From an uncultured bacterium (lineage in GTDB: Bacteria > JAGOEH01): 20,000 nt of DNA. Where the stretch lies: contig CAZWDO010000020.1 in assembly GCA_964632485.1 (NCBI GenBank), positions 52,607-72,606 on the forward strand, read 5' to 3'. The notes below the pieces were generated by a model that was not told where the DNA came from, made no database searches, and worked only from the letters and a program-made list of their open reading frames with translations. How positions within the stretch are numbered: position 1 is the first letter of the stretch; the number at the start of each line of letters is the position of its first letter. Both the position numbers and the translations under genes were made by a program. Below are positions 1-9,503 of the stretch, piece after piece.

Positions 1-507
1 TTAACATTGTTGCGGGCATTTACCTTTACTATACAACCCAGTTCGTTCCAGGATTATTCGCACCAGAAGGGATCGCAATGTTTGGGACGCTATTCTTATC
101 GTATGGCGCTTTATCCGCATAAAGGTGACTGGTTGAAAGGGAAAGTTTATACCCAGGCTTTGAATTTTAATCGGGAAATCAGAGTGATGCAGAATGGACG
201 CAGCATCGGCAAGCTTCCCGCTAATCTATCCTTTTTAAAAATTGAACCGGAACAGCTTATATTAAGCTGCATTAAAGAACCGGAAAATACGGCTCAGGGA
301 ACAATCATTTTACGTCTGTTCAATCCAACTGATCAGGCGGTGAATGGAGCGATTCAAACGTGTTTGCCGGTGGAACGCGTTGAAAAATTAACTCTTGAAG
401 AACTATTCATCAGTAAAATTGACGTGGAGGATCAGAGAATACCGATCCATTTGGGCGCCAAACAGATTGCAACGTATCGGTTATCATTTAAAGCGTTTCA
501 TTCATAA
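1..507 (+). CDS. Glycoside hydrolase family 38 (alpha-mannosidase-like) C-terminal part; 5' end lies outside the window
   Basis: Frame open from base 1 (LTLLRAF...). Contains GH38 C-terminal-type motifs LTLLR, SQCLGRYSYRMALYPH, LILSCIKEPE...IILRLFNP and LGAKQIATYRL. Stop TAA at 505-507. Confidence 0.8.
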   Translation, partial: LTLLRAFTFTIQPSSFQDYSHQKGSQCLGRYSYRMALYPHKGDWLKGKVYTQALNFNREIRVMQNGRSIGKLPANLSFLKIEPEQLILSCIKEPENTAQGTIILRLFNPTDQAVNGAIQTCLPVERVEKLTLEELFISKIDVEDQRIPIHLGAKQIATYRLSFKAFHS

Positions 508-521
508 GGAGTTTCAAGTCT

Positions 522-2970
522 ATGAAAATCAATCGTTACGGCTATTTTACCGCGGATCGCCGCGAATTTGTCATCACCGACCCGAGAACCCCGCGTCCCT
601 GGTTTAATTATATGTGGAACGAACATTATGGCGGATTAATCTCTCATACGGGANNNNNNNNNNGAACGAAAAATATATGGGCATGATTTCACATACGGCC
701 GGGGGATTTAGTTTTTATGAATGCCCGCGTGATAACCGTCTGACACGAATGCGTTATAATTGTTTGCCCTGGGACCGTCCGGGTCGCTATGTGATCGTAA
801 AGGATCGGGAAACCCGCCGTTATTGGTCTTTAAGCTGGGCGCCGACGATTGATCAGACTTATGACCGTTACGAGTGCCACCATGGCCAGGGTTATACCCG
901 TATAATTACGGAAAATGAGGGGATCGAAGGGTCGATCACTTATTTCGTTCCGCGGGATGTATCGGGTGAAATCTGGCGCGTCCAATTACAAAACCGCAGT
1001 TCGCGCGATCGGGAACTTGAAGTTTATGCCTTTACCGAATTGTTGATGGGGAATGCCTTGAACGATATTATCAATCAACCGAATGATAAGCATTTTACAG
1101 AGATTAAATTTAATGAGGAAAAACAGTGCCTGGTGGCCACTCGCCGCTATTGGGTGCTGAATAAAAAAGTTTCGGTCTCTCAACCCAATATCCCCTGGGG
1201 TTATCATTTGTTTTTTACGATCTCTCTGCCGATCAGCGGATTTGACGGCAGTTTGGATAATTTTATCGGCCGCTGGCGTTCCGAAGCCAATCCGGAATCG
1301 ATTGAAACCGGTCGCATGAAAAACACCGAGATTACCGCAGGAGATCCAATTGCGGCCTTGCAGTCAAAAATTACCTTAAAAGCGGGTGAAACGATCGATT
1401 TTAACATTATCATGGCGGTGGCGCCCCGGGAAGAGACTGATCCCTATGAGTTTTTGGGCTGGGATCAACTTAGACAACCAGCGGTCGCCGACAAAAAACT
1501 TGATCAAGTGAAGAATTTTTGGACCGATTATCTAAATTGTTTTCAAGTAGAAACTCCCGATGAAAAATTTGATACAATGCTGAATGTGTGGAACCAATAT
1601 CAGGCCGGTGTAACATTCGATATGGCCCGTAACTCGGGTTATTACCATGGCGGTCTGCTGTTTGGAACCGGCATTCGCGACCAGTTTCAGGATATTATGG
1701 GTATGCTGTTAGTGGATGCGCCCACTGTTCGGCGGCGGATGATGAATGCAATGCAGTACCAATTCAGCGACGGTTCCACACTGCATAATTTTTTCCGGCT
1801 AACCGGGAGCGGTGAAAAGACCAATCATTCCGATACACCGTTATGGATTCCTTTCGGTGTGATGGAATATTTAAAGGAAACCGGTGATGATTCGATTCTT
1901 GAAGAGATCATTCGCTATCATGACCAGGGTGAAGGTACGGTCTATGAGCATTTGACCCGCGCGATTGATTATACAATCGTCAATTTGACGGAACGTGGAT
2001 TGCCGCGCATCTGGAAAGGTGATTGGAACGATACCCTGGATTACGTGGGGCCTCAGGGCAAGGGAGAAACGGTATGGGGAGCTTTTTTTCTGGGTTACAA
2101 TTTAAAAAAAGTCATGTCTCTGATCGAAAAACACAATGATCAGGATCACTTGGATAAATACCGGCAGGTTTATGCAAAATTGGGTGAAATTACCAATACG
2201 TTATGCTGGGATGGCGATTGGTTTATCCGCGCGTTTCGGGATAATGGCAAACCGCTGGGAGTGGCCGCGCATGAGCAGGGAAAAATTTTTATTAATTCCC
2301 AGACATGGTCGATTATTTCGGGATTAGCGACAGCGGAGCATGGCGCCAAGGCGTTGGAAGCCTGTNNNNNNNNNNCCGCCCCAATGGGATTCAGATTTGC
2401 TGGCCGTCCTATCGTTGGGTAGAGGAGGATGTGGGTCTAATCAGCCGTTGTGTGCCTGGCAAAAAAGAAAACGGCGCTATTTTTAACCATGCCTCATCAT
2501 GGTTTATTCTGGCCGCGATTTTAAATAACGATATTGATTATGCCTGGGACATCTATCAACGCATGATGCCGCTCAATTCCAGTCGTGATATAGACCGTTA
2601 TGAGGTTGAGCCGTATGTATATGCCGAATATATAACCAGTCCCGATCATCCTACGGATGGACAGGCCAGCCATTCCTGGTTGACCGGTTCCGGGGTTTGG
2701 ATGCTTTATATTGGCATGTCGTATATAATCGGATTCCGCGCCGAACTGGAGGGTTTGGTCATTGATCCGCATATTCCGGCGCATTGGTCTTCATTCAAAG
2801 CGAAGCGTCGCTATCGCGGCAAGACCATTGAATTGACTGTTCACAATCCCAAGGGGAAAAACCAGGGAGTGAGTTCAATGAAAATTAACGGACATTTAAT
2901 TGAAGGAAATATCATCGATGCGGCTAAATTTTCCGAGTCCGTTTTGAAAGTTGATGTTGAATTAGAATAA
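522..2970 (+). CDS. GH94 glycoside phosphorylase (cellobiose/chitobiose phosphorylase family); interrupted by two N-gaps and possibly a join of two paralogs
   Basis: AGGAG RBS at 507-511, ATG at 522 giving MKINRYGYFTADRREFVITDPRTPRPWFNY (typical GH94 N-terminus). Further motifs: ISHTAGGFSFY, DRPGRY, WSLSWAP, GTGIRDQFQD, catalytic GDWNDTL, GKIFINSQTW, KENGAIFNHA, SHSWLTGSG, IDPHIPAHW. The frame changes coincide exactly with the gaps at 654-663 and 2366-2375. Confidence 0.9.
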
Positions 2971-2993
2971 ATTTAAACAAATAGGAGTTATTT

Positions 2994-4610
2994 ATGCAAA
3001 AACAGGTATTCCATGGAATTTTGATTTGCTTGTTATTTTTTTGCGCCCCATTGGTTAATGCCGACAATACTGTGAGTGAAGTGCGTGGGGTATGGATCAC
3101 CAACGTCGATAGCGATATGCTTTTCAGCCATGCGAAATTGGTGGAAAGTATCGATTATTTGGCGCGAACCGGTTTCAATGTGATTTATCCAGTGGTTTGG
3201 AACAAAGGAATGACACTATTCCCCAGTCACATTATGGACTCAATTTTTGGAATTCCGCAGGATACCTTTTTTGCGCAGCAGGGGCGGGACCCCTTAGCTG
3301 AATTGATTGTGGAAGCTCATCGACATGGAATGGAAGTGATTCCCTGGTTCGAATTCGGGTTTTCCAGCTCCTATAATGAAAATGGCGGCCATATCATTGC
3401 CAAAAAACCGCAATGGGCAGCTTTAGATAAAGATGGGCGGCTTCTGAAGAAAAACGGGTTTGAATGGATGGACGCTCTCAATCGTGAGGTACAGGATTTT
3501 GTTCTTTCACTGTTAATGGAATTGGTGACGAATTACGATATCGATGGAATTCAGGGTGATGACCGTTTGCCGGCCATGCCGGTGGAGGGAGGATATTCCC
3601 CGGCTGCGAAAGAATTGTATCGGCGCGATCATGGCGGCGTTGAACCGCCATCCAATCCGCGCGACATGGGATTTGTCCGCTGGAAAGCCACCCAACTTAA
3701 CCATTTCACCGCCCGCATGTATCGGATGATAAAGGCCGCCGACGCCAATCTGATCGTATCTATGGCGCCCAATATGTACAGTTGGGCCTATCTCGAATAC
3801 CTGCAGGATTCCCGCACATGGCTCGATTCTGTTTATTGCGACCAGTATATTCCCCAGGTTTACCGGTGGCAGATCGCTGATTATAAAGAATTAACGTTGA
3901 ATATTTTTGGCGATACGGGACGCATGGAATACGGTTTTTTAAATCATTATTGGAAACAACGTTCTATCCCCGGTATTATCATTAAGGCTGGAAATCAGTA
4001 TAGTGATCAGAATTATGTGTTAGAAGCTGTACGCTACAACCGGTCATTGGGAATCGCGGGCGAAAGCTTTTTTTTCTATGAAGGATTGGGTAAACTGAAC
4101 AATTTTCTGGCGGATACCTTGCATAAATATGTTTATCAAAAACCGGCGCTGCCTTTTTATCGGCACGGTTATCTCTGGCGACCGGAAGCGAGAATACTTC
4201 AGGCTGAAGATAATGGTAATCAACGAGAAGGAGAGTGGCGCGCGGATGCGAATTTAAAGGGATACCAGAATTCGCCGACGCTTGTTACCAGTGACTCCAA
4301 TGCAAAACTATCTTTTACGATTGATGCGCGGGATGCCGGGCTATACGATATTTTTTATTATGTTCCCCGAGGAATGGAAGGGAAAAAAGAATCGGTTGCC
4401 CAGCGGATAAAAATCGATTCACAGCCGATGAGTTTTTCATCGTCTGTTTCTGTCTGGGGATGGCAGTCGATCGGCGTTATTAATTTAAAAGCCGGTAAGC
4501 AAATTATTGATTTTACCTTCATGGGATCATCGGAAAATCCGCTATATATTGATGCGATCATGTTGATGGTCAATCGGCGCCATGCCCGGCAAACGGTAGT
4601 CAACCCTTAA
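2994..4610 (+). CDS. Secreted GHL10/DUF187 (YddW/DigH-like) glycosyl hydrolase with a C-terminal beta-sandwich (CBM/golvesin-like) domain
   Basis: AGGAG RBS, signal peptide (ILICLLFFCAPLVNA), motifs EVRGVWIT, GFNVIYPVVW, DPLAELIVEAHRHGMEVIPWFE, YDIDGIQGDD, PQVY. C-terminal domain assignment is less certain. Confidence 0.85.
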   Translation: MQKQVFHGILICLLFFCAPLVNADNTVSEVRGVWITNVDSDMLFSHAKLVESIDYLARTGFNVIYPVVWNKGMTLFPSHIMDSIFGIPQDTFFAQQGRDPLAELIVEAHRHGMEVIPWFEFGFSSSYNENGGHIIAKKPQWAALDKDGRLLKKNGFEWMDALNREVQDFVLSLLMELVTNYDIDGIQGDDRLPAMPVEGGYSPAAKELYRRDHGGVEPPSNPRDMGFVRWKATQLNHFTARMYRMIKAADANLIVSMAPNMYSWAYLEYLQDSRTWLDSVYCDQYIPQVYRWQIADYKELTLNIFGDTGRMEYGFLNHYWKQRSIPGIIIKAGNQYSDQNYVLEAVRYNRSLGIAGESFFFYEGLGKLNNFLADTLHKYVYQKPALPFYRHGYLWRPEARILQAEDNGNQREGEWRADANLKGYQNSPTLVTSDSNAKLSFTIDARDAGLYDIFYYVPRGMEGKKESVAQRIKIDSQPMSFSSSVSVWGWQSIGVINLKAGKQIIDFTFMGSSENPLYIDAIMLMVNRRHARQTVVNP

Positions 4611-4631
4611 CGGACAATAAAGGAATAAACG

Positions 4632-6623
4632 ATGCAGATTAATCATGACCGACTTCAAAAGGTGGCCCATCAGATTCGCGGAATTGCGGCGGATATGGTC
4701 GAAAAAGCGCAAAGCGGCCACCCTGGTTTGCCTATGGGGTGCGCTGAATTGGGAGTTTTGCTTTGGGCTCATGTGATGAGCTACAATCCTGCCGAACCTT
4801 TATGGTTGAATCGCGATCGGTTTATTCTTTCCGCTGGTCATGGTTCCGCCTGGCTATATACTTGTTTGCATCTCGCAGGTTATGAGTATTCGCTTGAGAA
4901 TCTTAAGCAATTCAGGCAAATGGGAAGCATCACTCCCGGTCATCCTGAATACGCTCCCTTACGGGGAGTGGAAACGACCACGGGTCCTCTGGGACAGGGT
5001 TTTGCCAATGCGGTAGGTCAGGCGATTGCCGCCAAGTATTTATGCGCCCGGTTTCCGGAACTTTTTGATTATCGTATTTATGTTTTAGCGGGGGATGGCG
5101 ATATGATGGAAGGAATTACTTATGAAGCCGCGTCTCTGGCCGGGCATCTGGCATTGAATAATTTGATCGTTGTTTATGATGATAATCATATTACAATAGA
5201 TGGCAATACCGCTATGACGTTTACAGAAGATGTGGGAACTCGTTTTAAAGCGTTTGGCTGGAATGTGATTGACGCTTCGACCGACAATGTGGAGGAACTA
5301 TTGGAAGCTTTACAAACGGCGCGTCGGGAAGAAATCCGACCCGCGCTGATCAGAATGCGTTCACTCATTGGTCAGGGGAGTCCCCATAAAGAAGGCACTT
5401 CCGCTTGTCATGGCGCGCCATTGGGACAAGAAGAACTCCGGTTGACTAAGATGAATCTGGGGCTTGATCCTGAACGCGCTTTTCAATTGGATCGGGATAG
5501 TTATCGCTACTTCCAGGAATATCATCAATGTATCACTACGCGTTATCAGGAATGGCAGGATCGATTTCGCGATTTTTATCGGGTGCCTGAAAATCAGCTA
5601 CGATGGGAGGATTTTTTCGCCTGGCAATTACCCGCTGACTATATAAATCAGCTTAAGGCGACAAAGAGCGGTAAAGCCAGAGCGACCCGAGATATGAATG
5701 CGGTGATAATGCAAACCGTGGCTGAACTCTATCCCAATTTTATTGGCGGTTCGGCTGATCTGGGATCCTCCACGAAAACGGTTATTAAAAATAGTGGTAG
5801 TTTCGATAAAACCAACCGGCTCGGAAAAAATATCCATTTCGGAGTGCGCGAGCACGCAATGGCAGGGATTGCCAATGGATTGGCGCAAATGCCCGGACTT
5901 TGGCCCTTTGTATCAACGTTTTTTGTTTTTTCTGATTATCTACGCCCCTCCCTGCGATTAAGTTCACTGATGCAGGTCTCGGTTGTTTATATTTTTACTC
6001 ATGATTCTTTTTATGTGGGTGAGGATGGCCCCACTCATCAACCGATTGAGCATCTGGACGCGATTAGTTTGATCCCCGGACTGACGATACTGCGACCTGG
6101 TAATGAAGATGAATTGATTGCGTCCTGGCAGTGGATGTTGGAGCATCGCCACCAACCTGTTTGCCTGTTGCTTACACGCCAGAAAATCGAAGTAACTGAA
6201 TCTTCTGCGACTGAGGAGATGTTTGCGCGGGGAATCTATTTGTTTGATGGCGATTCTTCCGCGAATAAACCTGATTTACGGATTTTTGGAAGCGGTTCCG
6301 AACTGTCCAAAGCTGTTTCGATCGCCCGGGCGCTCCGCTCTGAAGAATTTACCGTCGATGTCTATAGCGCGCCATCTCTGTCATTTTTTAAAGAACAGGA
6401 AGAAATCTACCGCCGATCCGTTTTTCCCGGGGATGACACTCCCGTAGTAGTGATCGAAGCCGCCAGCGGCCAACGATGGCAACGTTATTTAGGTCCAAAT
6501 GATCTTTTAATAAATATTGATCATTTCGGCCATTCCGCGCCATGTGATTCTTTGGAAGAGTATTGGGAATTCACCCATGAGCATATTTTGAAAAAAATTA
6601 AAGAAAAAGTAAAAAAATGTTGA
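4632..6623 (+). CDS. tkt: Transketolase
   Basis: SGHPGLPMG, NRDRFILSAGHGS, TPGHPE, TTGPLGQG, GDGDMMEG (TPP binding), FGVREHAM, THDSFYVGEDGPTHQPIEH; 663 aa. Confidence 0.97.
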   Translation: MQINHDRLQKVAHQIRGIAADMVEKAQSGHPGLPMGCAELGVLLWAHVMSYNPAEPLWLNRDRFILSAGHGSAWLYTCLHLAGYEYSLENLKQFRQMGSITPGHPEYAPLRGVETTTGPLGQGFANAVGQAIAAKYLCARFPELFDYRIYVLAGDGDMMEGITYEAASLAGHLALNNLIVVYDDNHITIDGNTAMTFTEDVGTRFKAFGWNVIDASTDNVEELLEALQTARREEIRPALIRMRSLIGQGSPHKEGTSACHGAPLGQEELRLTKMNLGLDPERAFQLDRDSYRYFQEYHQCITTRYQEWQDRFRDFYRVPENQLRWEDFFAWQLPADYINQLKATKSGKARATRDMNAVIMQTVAELYPNFIGGSADLGSSTKTVIKNSGSFDKTNRLGKNIHFGVREHAMAGIANGLAQMPGLWPFVSTFFVFSDYLRPSLRLSSLMQVSVVYIFTHDSFYVGEDGPTHQPIEHLDAISLIPGLTILRPGNEDELIASWQWMLEHRHQPVCLLLTRQKIEVTESSATEEMFARGIYLFDGDSSANKPDLRIFGSGSELSKAVSIARALRSEEFTVDVYSAPSLSFFKEQEEIYRRSVFPGDDTPVVVIEAASGQRWQRYLGPNDLLINIDHFGHSAPCDSLEEYWEFTHEHILKKIKEKVKKC

Positions 6624-6647
6624 CTTTTTTGTTTTTTCTTATATTAT
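6620..6647 (+). promoter_or_regulatory. Putative sigma70 promoter for the MCP-STAS pair, overlapping the tkt stop codon
   Basis: TTGACT (6620-6625), 16-nt spacer, TATTAT (6642-6647); A-rich upstream sequence. Confidence 0.55.
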
Positions 6648-6733
6648 TAAACTATTAGTGTTGATGAACTGCTATTAAAACTGCCCGTTTTCCTAAAAAA
6701 AGGGAATGGGCTCATAATCTTAAGGAGAAACGC

Positions 6734-8377
6734 ATGTTTAAACAAGTATCTTTTAAGACTAAATTACTCGTCCTTTTAGTAGGCATCAACATCCTGATTA
6801 TTCTCTTCATGCTTATCTATTTCCCGAGCCAGACAAAAAAGGCTGGAATGGCATTTATTTATGAGAAAGCGAAAACCGTGACGAAAATGACCGGAGCAGC
6901 AGCCAGTGTCGGGCTGATGTTCGAGGATCAGGGATCAATCAATGATGCTCTGAATTTAGGTAAACAAACCGATGAGTTTCTATTTGTTGAAGTTTTTAAT
7001 AAAACAAACGTATCGATTGTGGGTATCAACCATGAAAAAATGGCGATCGATCCCAAACAGTTTATCTCCGAAGAAGAAATAATGTTTAAAGAAAGCGGCG
7101 ATACGCTCTATTGCGCCTATCAAATTGACGATGGGAGCGGAGGGAAACTGGGATTAGTCGTTATGGGTTTCACCCTGGAAAATACCTTTAAGAGTTACCA
7201 GAGCAATTTCCGGATTACCTTGTTGGTTTCTGTCATCATGTTGATCATTATGGTCATTTTTAGTATCTTTATCGGCCGCTTAGTAACGAAGCCTATCTAT
7301 TTAATGATAAATCGAATTAAAGATATTGCGCAGGGTGAAGGCGATTTAACCAAAAAAATTGATTATAACAGCCACGATGAGTTTGGAGAGCTGGCCAGTT
7401 GGTTTAATATTTTTATGGACCAATTACGCAAGATAATTATTGAAATTAAAAGTAATGTTACAGTAGTTGATAAAGCAGTGGTCCTTATCACTGATATTAC
7501 TAATCAATTGACGGAAGACTCGAAGATGCAGAATTCACAGATTCATCAGGTAGCTTCGGCAATTGAAGAAATCACTTCAACAATTATTGAGACCAGTAAT
7601 AATGCCAATCAAGTATCTGAAGTGGCTCAAATTGCATCGGATCTTTCTGTGAAGGGTACTGAAGTAGTCCAAAAAGCGATTAATGAGATTCGGACGATTG
7701 CGGACATTGTTAATAATGCCGCTGAGATTATTCGAACCTTGGGTAAAAGCTCCGACGAGATTGGTGAAGTGATATCCGTGATTGATAATATTGCCGATCA
7801 GACCAACTTATTGGCGTTGAACGCCGCAATTGAAGCTGCGCGCGCAGGTGAACAGGGGCGTGGATTTTCAGTGGTTGCCGATGAAGTTCGCAAGCTGGCG
7901 GAACGCACGACCAATGCGACCAAAGAGATCGCCGATATGATTAATAATATCCAGAAGGATACAGCGCAGGCGGTAGAATCGACCGAGTATGGTACGAAAT
8001 ACGTAGAACAGGGCGTTGCCTCGAGTAATGAAGCGGGCAGTAACCTGGGGCAAATTAAAGAGCGAATCAATACGGTACTGGAAATGGTTAAAAATATCGC
8101 GCTGGCTGCCCGGGAAGAATCTTCTGCATCGGAACAAATATCGGAAAATGTGGTTACCATCACAGAAATTATTAATAAAAATTCGGAACAGGTCGATATG
8201 CTCGGCAGTTCAACGCAGGAACTTTACTCTAAAACCGAATCCCTGAGAAATCTTGTTGGTAAATTCAAGTTGGGCGATATTACCGATGAACCGCGCGCCG
8301 ACAAGCAGCCGACTACGCCTCAACCCCCTAAACCAGGCTATAAAAGACCGGCAACCGGACTGCGGCAAGTCGTATAA
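6734..8377 (+). CDS. Methyl-accepting chemotaxis protein (two TM helices, periplasmic sensor, HAMP, signalling domain)
   Basis: AAGGAG RBS, two hydrophobic helices, HAMP ([12 protein letters not shown]...[11 protein letters not shown]), hairpin-tip motif [40 protein letters not shown]. Confidence 0.97.
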   Translation: MFKQVSFKTKLLVLLVGINILIILFMLIYFPSQTKKAGMAFIYEKAKTVTKMTGAAASVGLMFEDQGSINDALNLGKQTDEFLFVEVFNKTNVSIVGINHEKMAIDPKQFISEEEIMFKESGDTLYCAYQIDDGSGGKLGLVVMGFTLENTFKSYQSNFRITLLVSVIMLIIMVIFSIFIGRLVTKPIYLMINRIKDIAQGEGDLTKKIDYNSHDEFGELASWFNIFMDQLRKIIIEIKSNVTVVDKAVVLITDITNQLTEDSKMQNSQIHQVASAIEEITSTIIETSNNANQVSEVAQIASDLSVKGTEVVQKAINEIRTIADIVNNAAEIIRTLGKSSDEIGEVISVIDNIADQTNLLALNAAIEAARAGEQGRGFSVVADEVRKLAERTTNATKEIADMINNIQKDTAQAVESTEYGTKYVEQGVASSNEAGSNLGQIKERINTVLEMVKNIALAAREESSASEQISENVVTITEIINKNSEQVDMLGSSTQELYSKTESLRNLVGKFKLGDITDEPRADKQPTTPQPPKPGYKRPATGLRQVV

Positions 8378-8380
8378 AAT

Positions 8381-8704
8381 ATGGCCAAGTCGCCATATAA
8401 CCTTATTCCTCTTGCTGAAGACGTTGTTAAAATCGAATTTGTGTCAACTTTAGTTTATCCTGAAAATTATTTTCTAAAAGATTTACTTAAACATATTGAA
8501 AACAACAACGCCATTAAGATAATCTATTTAGATTTTAAAGAATGTGATTTTGTCGATAGCTCTTCCATCGGAATCTTTATTGGTTTTATACGGAGAGTAC
8601 GGCCCAGAAAATTGAAAGTTTTTTTTCAGAATGCGTCAAACTATATTCAAGAGATTTTTCAAGTCGTAAATTTATCATTTTTAAATGAGGATAATACACC
8701 GTGA
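8381..8704 (+). CDS. STAS-domain protein (anti-sigma-factor antagonist, SpoIIAA/RsbV-like)
   Basis: 107 aa; motifs IYLDFKECDFVDSSSIGIFI (phosphoacceptor DSS) and IQEIFQVVNL; starts 3 nt after the MCP stop. Confidence 0.88.
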   Translation: MAKSPYNLIPLAEDVVKIEFVSTLVYPENYFLKDLLKHIENNNAIKIIYLDFKECDFVDSSSIGIFIGFIRRVRPRKLKVFFQNASNYIQEIFQVVNLSFLNEDNTP

Positions 8705-8875
8705 TTGAATGGAAAATTATGAGTAACTGTAAAATAATAAGAAGCCGGGTTTTTTATTATAAATTTAAATTGGCGGATTAGAAATGAAAGGGAGCAGTTG
8801 CAAGATGAGCCTGGGAAAAAGTGATTGCAGGGAATTAAAAAAGCGGAAAAAAATGGCGTTAAAGAAAAAAAAGAC

Positions 8876-8904
8876 TTGCTTTTCAGTTGAAAGTTTATTA
8901 TATT
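8876..8904 (+). promoter_or_regulatory. Putative sigma70 promoter of the tRNA cluster
   Basis: TTGCTT (8876-8881), 17-nt spacer, TATATT (8899-8904); A-tract UP-like element upstream; 13 nt before tRNA-Gly. Confidence 0.65.
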
Positions 8905-8917
8905 AGAACTCATTAAC

Positions 8918-8990
8918 GCGGGAATAGCTCAGTTGGTAGAGCTCTACCTTGCCAAGGTAGTTGTCGCGGGTTCGAGTCCCGTTTCCCGCT
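8918..8990 (+). tRNA. tRNA-Gly(GCC)
   Basis: GCGGGAA/TTCCCGC acceptor stem, TAGCTCAGTTGGTAGAGC D-arm, CTACC-TTGCCAA-GGTAG anticodon arm, GGTTCGAGTCC T-arm; CCA not encoded. Confidence 0.97.
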
Positions 8991-9003
8991 TTTTTTTTTG
9001 TAT

Positions 9004-9075
9004 GGCGACATAGCCAAGTGGTAAGGCAGAGGCCTGCAAAGCCTTTATCCCCCGGTTCGAATCCGGGTGTCGCCT
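9004..9075 (+). tRNA. tRNA-Cys(GCA)
   Basis: GGCGACA/TGTCGCC acceptor stem, GAGGC-CTGCAAA-GCCTT anticodon arm, GGTTCGAATCC T-arm, U discriminator; CCA not encoded. Confidence 0.97.
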
Positions 9076-9090
9076 CGTTTTGGAAATGGC

Positions 9091-9176
9091 GCCGAAGTGG
9101 CGAAATTGGTAGACGCACGGGACTTAAAATCCCGCGTGGCTTCAACCACGTACCGGTTCGAGTCCGGTCTTCGGCA
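9091..9176 (+). tRNA. tRNA-Leu(TAA)
   Basis: GCCGAAG/CTTCGGC acceptor stem, CGGGA-CTTAAAA-TCCCG anticodon arm, long variable arm, GGTTCGAGTCC T-arm. Gly-Cys-Leu order matches E. coli glyW-cysT-leuZ. Confidence 0.97.
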
Positions 9177-9262
9177 CTATTTACATTTGTAAAAACTTCC
9201 CCCCCCAATAATCGATCAATCATTAAATTAAAAACATCTGCAATTTATTGGCTTCTTTCTCA

Positions 9263-9409
9263 CTCATTCCTGCGAAAACAGGCATCTACGCCAATACCTC
9301 TCCTCATGTGCGCTTGTCACGGAATCTATGGCGCCAATCACCATCGTCATTCCCGCCATCCGTATTGGAAAAACTGACCACAGTTTCAAAGAGACTGGCG
9401 GGAATAGCG
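9263..9409. repeat. Cluster of short palindromic (REP/RPE-like) elements of the TCATTCC...GGAATC type
   Basis: CTCATTCCTGCGAAAACAGGCATCTAC (9263-9289), a degenerate copy ending CGGAATCTA (about 9302-9328), and a long hairpin CGTCATTCCCGCCA...TGGCGGGAAT (9345-9405) with an inner AAACTG-ACCA-CAGTTT stem. Confidence 0.6.
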
Positions 9410-9503
9410 TTATTCGCTTCTTTGAATTCAATTTCTCTGCCTTCGCCCCGATGGATTAAATCGTCAATGTCCCGGGAAGGCTATTTGGGTAAGGGATTCT
9501 TGT

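Noticed and set aside
2305-2422. Apparent frameshift or split of the GH94 gene into two ORFs
   Set aside because: The frame change falls exactly in the 10-N placeholder gap (2366-2375), and the flanks are collinear with only a few residues missing. This is an assembly artefact, not programmed frameshifting or a pseudogene.
6650-6722. Possible riboswitch (fluoride or c-di-GMP-like) in the MCP leader
   Set aside because: Only one hairpin is convincing; the conserved core motifs of those riboswitches are not present. An Rfam scan would settle it.
9176-9503. Possible prophage or island attachment at tRNA-Leu
   Set aside because: No integrase nearby, and I saw no duplicated tRNA 3' end in the window; housekeeping fabD follows.
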